A stretch of 64,000 nucleotides of DNA from an uncultured Microbacteriaceae bacterium (GTDB lineage: Bacteria > Actinomycetota > Actinomycetes > Actinomycetales > Microbacteriaceae): the NCBI GenBank assembly GCA_964540305.1, contig CAZILZ010000002.1, positions 28,330-92,329 of the forward strand, written 5' to 3'. The notes below the pieces were generated by a model that did no database searches, was not told the DNA's origin, and worked only from the letters and a program-made list of their open reading frames with translations. Positions 9,157-17,702 of the stretch are shown piece by piece. Positions within the stretch are counted from its first letter, which is position 1. Each line of letters opens with the position of its first letter. Both the position numbers and the translations under genes were made by a program.

Positions 9157-9542
9157 GCGCGCTGCCTCCCGCACCCCCTCAGCCCATCGCGGTCCCCGAC
9201 GGTGCCCAGCGCACTGCTCAGGTCATGCCCGTCATCGTGGCCACCGTCGCGGTTATCGTCAGCGCACTCGTGATTGTCGTCCAGGTCGTCTTCAGCCTCG
9301 ACGTCTGGCAGCTGTACGTGCTCGGCTGGGTGGCGACTCCCGTTGCCACCCTGTTGTGCGTGGGCTGGGATGCGATTGGGCAGCGCGCGGGACTCGCTGA
9401 CCCGTGGTTCGATGCGCGGCCGCAGTACTCGGCTGTGCTGCGCTTGGTCGCCGTGCTCGGGCTCATCCTGGGGGGCTTTCACATCGTTCGCATCGGAATC
9501 GCCGCCGGCACGGCGGCCGTGAGTTCGGGGTGGTTCGGTTGA
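9153..9542 (+). CDS. Small integral membrane protein (about 3 TM), first gene of the vWA/tubulin-like cassette
   Basis: 129 aa with three hydrophobic segments (VMPVIVATVAVIVSALVIVVQVVF, LYVLGWVATPVATLLCVGW, VLRLVAVLGLILGGFHIVRIGIAAG). Its stop overlaps the next ATG (TGATG). Confidence 0.6.
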   Translation: MSALPPAPPQPIAVPDGAQRTAQVMPVIVATVAVIVSALVIVVQVVFSLDVWQLYVLGWVATPVATLLCVGWDAIGQRAGLADPWFDARPQYSAVLRLVAVLGLILGGFHIVRIGIAAGTAAVSSGWFG

Positions 9543-12367
9543 TGCGGCGTCACATGGCACTCGTAGGTGTGCTCGTGGGCGCCCTCATTCTTCCCTTCGG
9601 GGCCGGAGCAGTCGCGTCGACCTCGGAGGAAGAGTCGACGTCGGGCGTCGGCATCCCTGACAGGAGTGCCGCCGCAGAGGCTGCCTTCAGGGACGTGACC
9701 CGCTGCCTTAACTCCGGTCAGAGCCCGAGCCTCGACGTTCTCTACCTCGTCGACCTCTCCGACTCCATCGACAAGTACGGCCTGGGCGGCATCCTTCAGA
9801 CGGTGCTCTCGACGAGCGTCCAGCAACTCGATCGGTTCCGCGATCGCGGCACGGAAGTGGCGTACTCGCTCGTGGCATTCGGGTTCGACCACGAGACTCT
9901 TATTCCGTGGACGGCGATCGACGGATCCGACCAGACGGATGCAGTTGAAGGGGCACTGTCTAACGCCTCCGTGGATGGACGGGGGACCAACTATCTTGCT
10001 GGCCTCGAGGCAGCTCAAGAGCAGCTTGAGATGCGTTCTGGGTCCTGCCGCATGCTCATCTGGATGACGGATGGTGCCGTCAACATGGGAGGTGCGTTTG
10101 ACAGCGTCTTCCCGAGCCTGGAGCGGATCTGCCGGCCTGGAATATCCAGAGATGGGCTCGGACCTGCAGGGGGTGGTTTCGGCATCATGCAAGAGCTGCG
10201 TGACTCCGGGATTCCCACCTTTGGCGTCTTCTTCACGAATGACCAGCTCAGGGAGGGTCTACTCGATTTCGAGCGTTGGAAGATCGACTTCTTGCGGCCG
10301 ATCGTCGAAGGCAGAGGTGTGGTCGCCCCCCTTGACTCCGAAACGGAAGGTGAGCTCAGCGGGTTCACTTTAGAGTGCGCAGAGGTCGATGACGAGGGCG
10401 TGGCTCCTTCGGGCTCCGCAAACGGAGCGCTCATTGAGTCGGAGGATCCCGTCGCTCTAGCGTTCGACTTCTTGCGGCTCGAGGCGGGCCTTTCTGGCGG
10501 TACTGGGGCACCGACCGCCGAAGATGGAAGCTTTGAGGTGCCTGCCGGCACTGCCTACTTCCGCGTCATCCTGCCGTCTGATCAGTGGTCGCTGACCGAC
10601 CCGAATGGCGAGGCCGTCCCCGTGAAGCCGAGTTCGATTACCCAGGCAGGCGGGGCGACCTCCATCGAGGTCGAGGTTGACGAGTCGGGATGGGGGGAAT
10701 GGACGGTCTCCAGCGAGGGAAACGCGATCGTCTACCTGTTCACGGGTCTGGCGCTGGTTCTCGACCGCGACTTGAACGACAGCATCCTCAGCGAAACAGA
10801 AAACACCCTGAGCGGCAGAGTGGTGGCGGAGAGCGGGCGCGAGATCGTCGTGAACGACGATCTCGTGCGCCATTTCTCAGACTGGGGAACCGTCGACGTC
10901 GAAGTGGTTGCGGGAGGCCTCCAGTCGCAACCTTCCGGGAGCCTCTCCTCCACCGGCGTGTTCGAAGTGTCCGGGCTCACGCCAGAGGACTCTGCGCCTA
11001 TCGAACTGCGAGTGTCGTTGGCGCTCGGCGGCGAGTTCGATCCCATCGAGTCGACCTTCCAGCTCCGTGTGGTTGACGGTGGGGCATTCGCGCTCCCTGC
11101 AAGCAAGAGCCTCGAACTGACGACGCTCGAGGGCCCGGACGGCGCGGCAACGGGCGTCCTGCAAATACTCCCGCCAGACGCTGCAGAGTCCGCTCAAGTC
11201 TGCGTGGCATCTCCGCAGCGCCTTGACGATCTCCCTAGTGCGCGAAATGACCCTGTGAGACCTCGAGGTTCCTTCACCTGGGCGATTGACTCTGACGCTG
11301 AGATCGATGGCGACGGGTGCTTCACCGTTCACCGTGACGAACCAGTCCAACTGTCGATTTCGATCGGGAATCCAGAGCAGCTCAACTCCCGAGTGGTTGG
11401 TGCATTCACCGTCGAGTCGCGAACCGCAGATGGAACCTCCGAGCACATTGAGCCCGTCCTCCTCGGATTCGACTCTCGAACGCAGCAGAACCCATGGATT
11501 GTCGCCGCGGCGATCATCCTGATGCTGATTCTCGGGCTAGGGCTGCCGATGTTCGCTCTCTGGCTCTGGAACCGCGCATCAACGAAGTTTGCGCCGGTCG
11601 AAGCGGTGACACGCGTTGCCTACCCCGTTCGAATAGAACGCGCTGGCCGACTGGCCGTACTGGACCGTCGACATGACTCCGACGGTCAACGGATCACAGT
11701 GCGCCCCAACGACTTCAGTTACGTGGCATCCCAGCCCACGAGCGCCGTTTTCGATTCAGGGCGCGGCCAGATGCGTGCGCGGGTGCCATGGTTCCCGCTG
11801 TCCAAGTCGTGGTTCGAGTGGGTAGCGCCTCCGGGTCACCGTGTCGTCTCCGTCGTCGCTGGCAGCACCAAGCAGACGCGGGAGGTCGAGTCGTTCCTGG
11901 CGACAGAGGTGTCGGCAGACATCGCCCGGGCGTGGGCGATCATCGTGTCCGATTCCGCGCTTCTCTCCGAAGACTCCTCGATTGACGGAGATCTCGTCGT
12001 ATTCAGCGGGATGCACAGTGACGTCAGGCAGTACCAGCGCCGCGTTGACGACGTCATTGCCACCCCCGGCCTTATCGATGCTTTGACGGCTGCCGCGGAA
12101 TCGGCCCGTGCTGATCGCCAGGTCGGCTCCACTGGTGCGGTGTCGTTTGAGCCTGTGAGCGTCGGGGTAGCCGTCCCTTCTTCTATGCCTGATCGGTCTG
12201 GACGGTCGATGCATCAGCCGGGAGCGCCCACGCCTCCGGGTGCGCGATCGTTCGACCCAGTGCAGAGCGAGCCCGCCGTCGGCTCAAACACTCCATCGGA
12301 ACCGGGTCCGCTCGCCCCGCCGCGGCCTCCGTCTGGACCGTTGGCGCCCCCGCCGCCCCCGCAATGA
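9542..12367 (+). CDS. Exported von Willebrand factor A (vWA) domain protein with a single C-proximal TM helix and a cytoplasmic Pro-rich tail
   Basis: Signal peptide MRRHMALVGVLVGALILPFGAGAVAS. MIDAS DxSxS (DLSDS at 9752-9766), later TNYLAG and MTDGA. TM helix WIVAAAIILMLILGLGLPMFALWLW (about 11495-11569). Tail ...PLAPPRPPSGPLAPPPPPQ. Start trimmed from 9404 to 9542. Confidence 0.8.
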   Translation: MRRHMALVGVLVGALILPFGAGAVASTSEEESTSGVGIPDRSAAAEAAFRDVTRCLNSGQSPSLDVLYLVDLSDSIDKYGLGGILQTVLSTSVQQLDRFRDRGTEVAYSLVAFGFDHETLIPWTAIDGSDQTDAVEGALSNASVDGRGTNYLAGLEAAQEQLEMRSGSCRMLIWMTDGAVNMGGAFDSVFPSLERICRPGISRDGLGPAGGGFGIMQELRDSGIPTFGVFFTNDQLREGLLDFERWKIDFLRPIVEGRGVVAPLDSETEGELSGFTLECAEVDDEGVAPSGSANGALIESEDPVALAFDFLRLEAGLSGGTGAPTAEDGSFEVPAGTAYFRVILPSDQWSLTDPNGEAVPVKPSSITQAGGATSIEVEVDESGWGEWTVSSEGNAIVYLFTGLALVLDRDLNDSILSETENTLSGRVVAESGREIVVNDDLVRHFSDWGTVDVEVVAGGLQSQPSGSLSSTGVFEVSGLTPEDSAPIELRVSLALGGEFDPIESTFQLRVVDGGAFALPASKSLELTTLEGPDGAATGVLQILPPDAAESAQVCVASPQRLDDLPSARNDPVRPRGSFTWAIDSDAEIDGDGCFTVHRDEPVQLSISIGNPEQLNSRVVGAFTVESRTADGTSEHIEPVLLGFDSRTQQNPWIVAAAIILMLILGLGLPMFALWLWNRASTKFAPVEAVTRVAYPVRIERAGRLAVLDRRHDSDGQRITVRPNDFSYVASQPTSAVFDSGRGQMRARVPWFPLSKSWFEWVAPPGHRVVSVVAGSTKQTREVESFLATEVSADIARAWAIIVSDSALLSEDSSIDGDLVVFSGMHSDVRQYQRRVDDVIATPGLIDALTAAAESARADRQVGSTGAVSFEPVSVGVAVPSSMPDRSGRSMHQPGAPTPPGARSFDPVQSEPAVGSNTPSEPGPLAPPRPPSGPLAPPPPPQ

Positions 12368-12416
12368 CAACGCCCTGAACCCACCCATCGACTTTCGCAA
12401 GAGAATAGGAATCGAC

Positions 12417-15400
12417 ATGCTGCAGCCGTTCATCCTCATCGGAGTCGGTGGTTCAGGGGGCAAGACGGTTCGTGCCGTGCGCCAGAACCTCCAATGGAAG
12501 CTCGAGCAGCTTGGCTGGTCGCACCTGCCCAAGGGCTGGCAGTTCCTGCACATCGACGCCCCGACCTCTCCCGATGGCATCGACTTTCCGGCACCCCTTC
12601 TTCCTCAGGACGACTACTTGTCGGTGGTGCCACGGGGGCTCAGCTACCGGCAGGTGCACGACCGCGCGATCAACGGGCTCGGCAAAGAGGTCGCTCGTGA
12701 AGCGATGCGCCCGCTGCCTGCTCCGCCGGACGTCACCGTGCCCATCGAACTCGGTGCAGGAGCACTTCGTGGCATCGGGCGGACGTTGCTCGTCGCTGGA
12801 TTGAAAGATGTCTCAGATCGCGTCCGGGGCATGCTCAGTGAAGCAACCGGGCAAGGGGCGGACGCGGAGTTGGCCCAGCTGACTCGTGAACTCGGCTTCA
12901 AGGTGGGTATCCCGAGCAGCACGCCGACGATCATCGTCATCTCTTCTGTGGCAGGGGGCTCCGGGGCAGGAATGTTCATCGACGTCTCGGAAGCGATCAA
13001 GGCTGCAGTGGGGCCCAAGGACGCCGCCCATCGGATCTTCTCCCTGTTGTACGCCCCGGACGTATTCGAAGAGCTTGGTCCCAAGGCGATGGCGGCCATG
13101 GTGCCGAACTCAATGGGCGCTTTGTCGGAGCTCGTCGCGGGCTTCTGGCGCGGAATGCCTACCCAGACGACGATGAGCGTCTACAAGCAGAAGGGCCTGA
13201 CGGTACCGACTGACGACAAGTCCACGATCGGCCCCGGCTTCAACTATGTGCTGGGTCGCCGAAACGGAGGCGCGAACGCTATCGACTTCGGTTCGCAACA
13301 GGGCGTGTACCTCGCAGTGGCGTCGAGCGTGACAGCGTGGATGACGGATGCGCGAGTGCAGGACAACCTGACCGCGTACGCCGTGGCGAACTTCCAGACG
13401 CTCTCTGCCAACCTCACGGACAACTCGCTGCTCAAACCGAGTGGCAAGGGTCAGCCGTTGTCGTCGTTGGGATTCGCCCGGGTCTCACTCGGTACCGAGA
13501 AGTTCTTCGAATACGCCGCAGAGCGAATCGCCAAGCAAGCCGTGACCACGATGCTGACGCAGCACCTCTCGACAGATCCAGAGCGTCGTGAGAAGAAGGA
13601 AGATCAGTGGATCGAGCACCACGCGAATCTGAATGAAGGAACCTTCATCGCGGATTCTGGCCTCAACGAGCGCACAGAACTCAACAATCAAGTCACTGAA
13701 GCGCTTCAGCCCGATCTCGAGCCGCACTATGCGAAGCTCCGGCGAGTCATCGAAGAGGCCGCGACGGCGGGAATGCCCGCCGGCGGGCAGTCCTTCGACC
13801 AGTGGACCACGAAGATCGTCAACGCCTACCAGTTGAACCTCTCTGACGTGCGCGACGAGGTGGAGCGGCTTCGCAACGAGAAGATCCGCTCGTGGGTCAT
13901 CACGCAGCCGACGGAAGTTCTCGCCCTGGTCACGAAGACGATGTCGCAGCTCGGTCTCCCCGTCACCGTGAAGCTCCTCGAGCGGTTGATTCAGCAGTGC
14001 AAAGAGGCCATTGGCGACTTGAAGGAAGAGCGGGGCCGGCACCTGCGTGACGCAGACGCCCTGACCCAGAACGTCTCGCAAGCGCTCGGTGCAGCGTCCG
14101 GCATGAGCACCATTCCGCGGACGAACCCTGCCGTTGCACAAGCACTTCACCAGGCCCAGATGTGCTTCTACTGGTCGACCATGGCTGACCTCAAGGAGTC
14201 AACCGGTGAGCTGCTCGAAGACTTCGTGGGCGGGTACTTGGCGCCGCTCACCAAGAGGCTCGCGGAGGGCTTGGAGGTCCTCCGTTCATCGGCCACGGAC
14301 CCGAATCTGCCGGACGGAAACGTCAATCCCTACCTCGTATGGCCGACCTTCGACCAGACGACCGTCGACCGCAGATTCGATCCTGCGCCCAACGAGCAGA
14401 TGTTGATCTCGCCTGACGCCTTCGCATCGGAGTTCGATCGACTGGTGCTTGACAGTGTGAGCGACCCTCATCTGCCTGCGCATCGCATCGTCATTGACGA
14501 AGTGCTCTTGGGGGCGAACCTTCCGGACGTCGCCAAGCTGAAGCACGAAGACCAGTGGAAGATTCTCTCCGTGCCGGATGGCAGAGGGTGGATTCCGAAG
14601 AATCGCCACTTCCAGCCGTCGACCGCGAGCAACCAAGTTGCGCAGTTCGCCTTCGAGACCGATCCATTGAAGTACCTGAGCGTCTCAAAGAAGTGGATTC
14701 GACTCCCCGGCCGCGCCTTCAGGGCATTCATCGAGCAGACGGTCGTGTCGTACCTGAAGACCAGCGACCAAGCAGAGCGAGCGCGTCGCGGTAAGCGCTT
14801 CACCGCTGCAATGGCCGCCGCAGCGCAGTCGTCGTACCCCTTGGTTGCGCTCGACCGGGCATTGCTCGATGCGACACACGGGCCTATTGAGGTGAGCGCG
14901 GTATGTTCCGGTATCCCGCTCGACCGTGAAGACCCGCTCTACGAGCCCATCGCGAACTCTCTGCTCACCAATGGGTATGACCCCGAGAAGGCCGCGAAAG
15001 ACTGGTTCGTCGGCGAGGGCAAGGGCAGCATGATCAAGTCGATCGAGATCTTCGCCCAACTGAGTGTCTCGATGGGCCCGATCCCGCTCGCCTCAATGCT
15101 CAGCCCGATCTTGAACGAGTGGAACCGCGTCTCGAAGAACACCGCGGCACGCATGGGCTTCATGTCCATGCGGCGGGCTCGCCTGCTCCCCGAGGCCATC
15201 CCCGCGCATCCTACGCATTGGCGAGCAATGCTTGCAGGGTGGTTCGTAGCTCGTCTCCTGAATCAGGTGCAGGAGGACAAGTCGGGCAAGGACTTCAAGG
15301 ATGCTGGGCCGCAGTTGAGCGTCTGGGCAGACGATGCCCGCGGCTTCGTCGATTTCCCGTTTCCGCTGTATTCGGCACATATTGCGAGCAGCATCCATCA

Positions 15401-15812
15401 CTACCCGGGGGTGATCCTCGATTCACTGATGATCGCACTGGCACAGTGTCATGGTGCGCACAATCTCAGCCCGCTCGCGCCATACCAGCGGCTGCTCGAG
15501 CTGGGCGGTGGTGGCGGACACTGGATCGATCTTCAGGAGTGGGTGCTCACCGGAAAGCCGCGACACGGGGCTCCTACCCCCAAGTCGGAGCGTGCGGGAT
15601 CGTCGGAGCTCGACGTCGAAGGTCGTCGTGCGGCGTGTGTGGCCTACCTCGAGTCGTGCCAGTCGACTTTTGACAAGTTCATCAGCGCGCTCAACCCGAA
15701 TGCTGACCCGCGCACCTACCCGGTCAGCTGGGAGATTCGCGAGGACGTCGAGTGGGCGATCAACCAGGCCATCGACGCGTGCAATCACGTCGATGACGGC
15801 GAAGAGCTCTAA
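12417..15812 (+). CDS. Large (1131 aa) tubulin/FtsZ-superfamily-like GTPase domain protein (Tubulin_2 / FtsZ-like type)
   Basis: N-terminus MLQPFILIGVGGSGGKTVRAV resembles the FtsZ T1 loop (compare IGVGGGGGNAV). IIVISSVAGGSGAGMFIDV resembles the tubulin signature/T4 loop (GGGTGSG). AGGA RBS 7 nt upstream of the ATG. No TM segments, and about 700 aa of uncharacterised C-terminal sequence. Confidence 0.7.
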   Translation: MLQPFILIGVGGSGGKTVRAVRQNLQWKLEQLGWSHLPKGWQFLHIDAPTSPDGIDFPAPLLPQDDYLSVVPRGLSYRQVHDRAINGLGKEVAREAMRPLPAPPDVTVPIELGAGALRGIGRTLLVAGLKDVSDRVRGMLSEATGQGADAELAQLTRELGFKVGIPSSTPTIIVISSVAGGSGAGMFIDVSEAIKAAVGPKDAAHRIFSLLYAPDVFEELGPKAMAAMVPNSMGALSELVAGFWRGMPTQTTMSVYKQKGLTVPTDDKSTIGPGFNYVLGRRNGGANAIDFGSQQGVYLAVASSVTAWMTDARVQDNLTAYAVANFQTLSANLTDNSLLKPSGKGQPLSSLGFARVSLGTEKFFEYAAERIAKQAVTTMLTQHLSTDPERREKKEDQWIEHHANLNEGTFIADSGLNERTELNNQVTEALQPDLEPHYAKLRRVIEEAATAGMPAGGQSFDQWTTKIVNAYQLNLSDVRDEVERLRNEKIRSWVITQPTEVLALVTKTMSQLGLPVTVKLLERLIQQCKEAIGDLKEERGRHLRDADALTQNVSQALGAASGMSTIPRTNPAVAQALHQAQMCFYWSTMADLKESTGELLEDFVGGYLAPLTKRLAEGLEVLRSSATDPNLPDGNVNPYLVWPTFDQTTVDRRFDPAPNEQMLISPDAFASEFDRLVLDSVSDPHLPAHRIVIDEVLLGANLPDVAKLKHEDQWKILSVPDGRGWIPKNRHFQPSTASNQVAQFAFETDPLKYLSVSKKWIRLPGRAFRAFIEQTVVSYLKTSDQAERARRGKRFTAAMAAAAQSSYPLVALDRALLDATHGPIEVSAVCSGIPLDREDPLYEPIANSLLTNGYDPEKAAKDWFVGEGKGSMIKSIEIFAQLSVSMGPIPLASMLSPILNEWNRVSKNTAARMGFMSMRRARLLPEAIPAHPTHWRAMLAGWFVARLLNQVQEDKSGKDFKDAGPQLSVWADDARGFVDFPFPLYSAHIASSIHHYPGVILDSLMIALAQCHGAHNLSPLAPYQRLLELGGGGGHWIDLQEWVLTGKPRHGAPTPKSERAGSSELDVEGRRAACVAYLESCQSTFDKFISALNPNADPRTYPVSWEIREDVEWAINQAIDACNHVDDGEEL

Positions 15813-15815
15813 GAG

Positions 15816-17702
15816 ATGGCGCTCGATCCGATTTGGAGCCAGTCGGGGCTTTCGGTAGTGCTTCTCCCGGCCGGGGAGCGTGGCCTCACTCTCCTCGAGC
15901 TCGCTCGAGACTGGACAGTACTGAAGCTCTTGAGACCGTCCGTGTGGGTGCGCCCCGAGGAAGTCACTGCTATTCCGGGTGAACCTCCCCGCGTACTTGC
16001 TCACATTCTGGGCAGCTCAACCACCAACGAGCTCGAAGAGATTGAAGTTGACCTCTTCGAACAGCTCGCGCGCCAGGGGTTGACGGGCACGCGCCTGTTG
16101 GTCGTCCGTCCGCTCGCGGAGGGCGTCGAGTTCGATGCCGACCAGGATCGTGCGGTCGACGTCCTCGCCCCATATTTGAAGAACTCGATTCCCCAGGTGC
16201 CGACGTCGGCGGTGACGTCGACCGATCAGATTCCTTTTCTCTTGATCAACCTCCTGGTGGGGCCGACGGAACACGTCACTGCGTGGGCCGACCAGGTTGT
16301 CGCAGCTCGGCAGCCCTTCAACGCGCACATCGTGGCTTCGCCGGAGGACCGTTCGAGTCCGTTCTCCGGCGATGCCTTCGTTCGGTATGACAATGCCGGT
16401 GGCCGGTTTGCTGGCTTCGCCATGATGCACATCGCCACGATCGCCGGATTCTGGCAGGGCTTGCCGCGCGGGGGCTACGAGTTGATCCGTGAGACCGCCT
16501 GGGAAGGGAACCGGGCTTATGTCTCGCGGGTATTCGCGAGCGCCATTCTTACCGACGGCCTGATTCAGCGCGCCTGCGCCCGTGTATTGGAGCGCGCCGC
16601 ATCGGCAGACCCCGAGCGATCGGCACTCACGGTCGAGGCCAACGTCAGCGACACGTTCGCAATCACCGACGATGTCAACGATCCGTGGATCAACTACCTG
16701 ATTGACCAGGCCTTCTCTCTGCGCGATGGCGCTCTCGCGTATCGCCCCGCGATCTCTGACGAAACCCCGGTGAAGACGGAGTTCACCCTGTGGAACCAGT
16801 TTTTAGACTTCTCTCGGTTCTCAGTCGACAAGCTCGTGCGCGCTCCGTACTACTTTGGTCTGGCCCTGTATCGCCGCATTGCACGAACGTCGAATGCGAC
16901 CCTTCAGGGAGGGGACCGCGGTTCGGCGTTCGTCGACGAGCGCGCAGACAAGCCTGACATCCGTGATCTCGAACTCCTGCGAAGGTACGACCAGATTGCG
17001 GAGGAGAAGAGTCGGGCAGATCGCGCGCTCGTCTCGCCCGTTCTCGCCAGTGCGACGCGCACCCCGCCCGAACTCTGGAGCGATCTCCGCAAACTGGTGT
17101 TTGCCTTCCTCGACGGTTCCGGTCAAGAACAGTTCGGTGTTCGCCGAACCGAGGCGGGCCGGCCCGTGTTTCCTCGAGTGCAGTCACTGTTCACTGACCC
17201 CAGCGTCACCGTGACCGTGGCAGACCCCGATCGACCGGGGGACATGATTGAACTCGGCTGGTTGGCGAGACGCGAGACGGCGGAAGCCCTCGACCGCCTG
17301 GCCCAATCGATCATTCGTGGCAATGACGAGCTCGATGCACTGTTGACCGAACTCGTCGACGCCTCCGCGAGACGCGACACACTCGTGGCGCGTCTCGATG
17401 AACTCGACCGTGAGCGCGTGGACGCGGTTGAGCAGCAAGAACGACAGCGTGCGGCTGAACGGGACGCCGAGCGACTCGCCGAGCGTGAGGCGGCTAAGGC
17501 AGCAAAGTCCGCAGCGGCAAAGTCGACAGCGGGGTCGGCCGCAGCGAAGCCGAGGAAGGGCCGTTCTGCGCCGGCGACCAATGCATCCGAGACCAGCAGC
17601 CCCGAGGTTGATTCTGACGACAGGGGGGAGATGGCAGACGAGGCGGCTCGCTCGTCTTCGTCGTCTCTCGCTTCGTCGTCGAAGGGAGTTCCCACGTCAT
17701 GA
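15816..17702 (+). CDS. Uncharacterised 628-aa protein with a C-terminal coiled-coil and an Ala/Lys/Ser-rich low-complexity tail
   Basis: Starts 3 nt after the tubulin-like gene stop. No recognisable catalytic motif. Heptad-like charged segment ...LTELVDASARRDTLVARLDELDRERVDAVEQQERQRAAERDAERLAEREAAKAAKSAAAK... Confidence 0.6.
   Translation: MALDPIWSQSGLSVVLLPAGERGLTLLELARDWTVLKLLRPSVWVRPEEVTAIPGEPPRVLAHILGSSTTNELEEIEVDLFEQLARQGLTGTRLLVVRPLAEGVEFDADQDRAVDVLAPYLKNSIPQVPTSAVTSTDQIPFLLINLLVGPTEHVTAWADQVVAARQPFNAHIVASPEDRSSPFSGDAFVRYDNAGGRFAGFAMMHIATIAGFWQGLPRGGYELIRETAWEGNRAYVSRVFASAILTDGLIQRACARVLERAASADPERSALTVEANVSDTFAITDDVNDPWINYLIDQAFSLRDGALAYRPAISDETPVKTEFTLWNQFLDFSRFSVDKLVRAPYYFGLALYRRIARTSNATLQGGDRGSAFVDERADKPDIRDLELLRRYDQIAEEKSRADRALVSPVLASATRTPPELWSDLRKLVFAFLDGSGQEQFGVRRTEAGRPVFPRVQSLFTDPSVTVTVADPDRPGDMIELGWLARRETAEALDRLAQSIIRGNDELDALLTELVDASARRDTLVARLDELDRERVDAVEQQERQRAAERDAERLAEREAAKAAKSAAAKSTAGSAAAKPRKGRSAPATNASETSSPEVDSDDRGEMADEAARSSSSSLASSSKGVPTS

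Noticed and set aside
9404-9541. Track start of the vWA ORF at 9404 (and similarly 12240 for the tubulin-like ORF)
   Set aside because: The extensions overlap the preceding genes and are Arg-rich. Internal ATGs at 9542 and 12417 give a signal peptide and a G-box N-terminus respectively, with coupling or an RBS.
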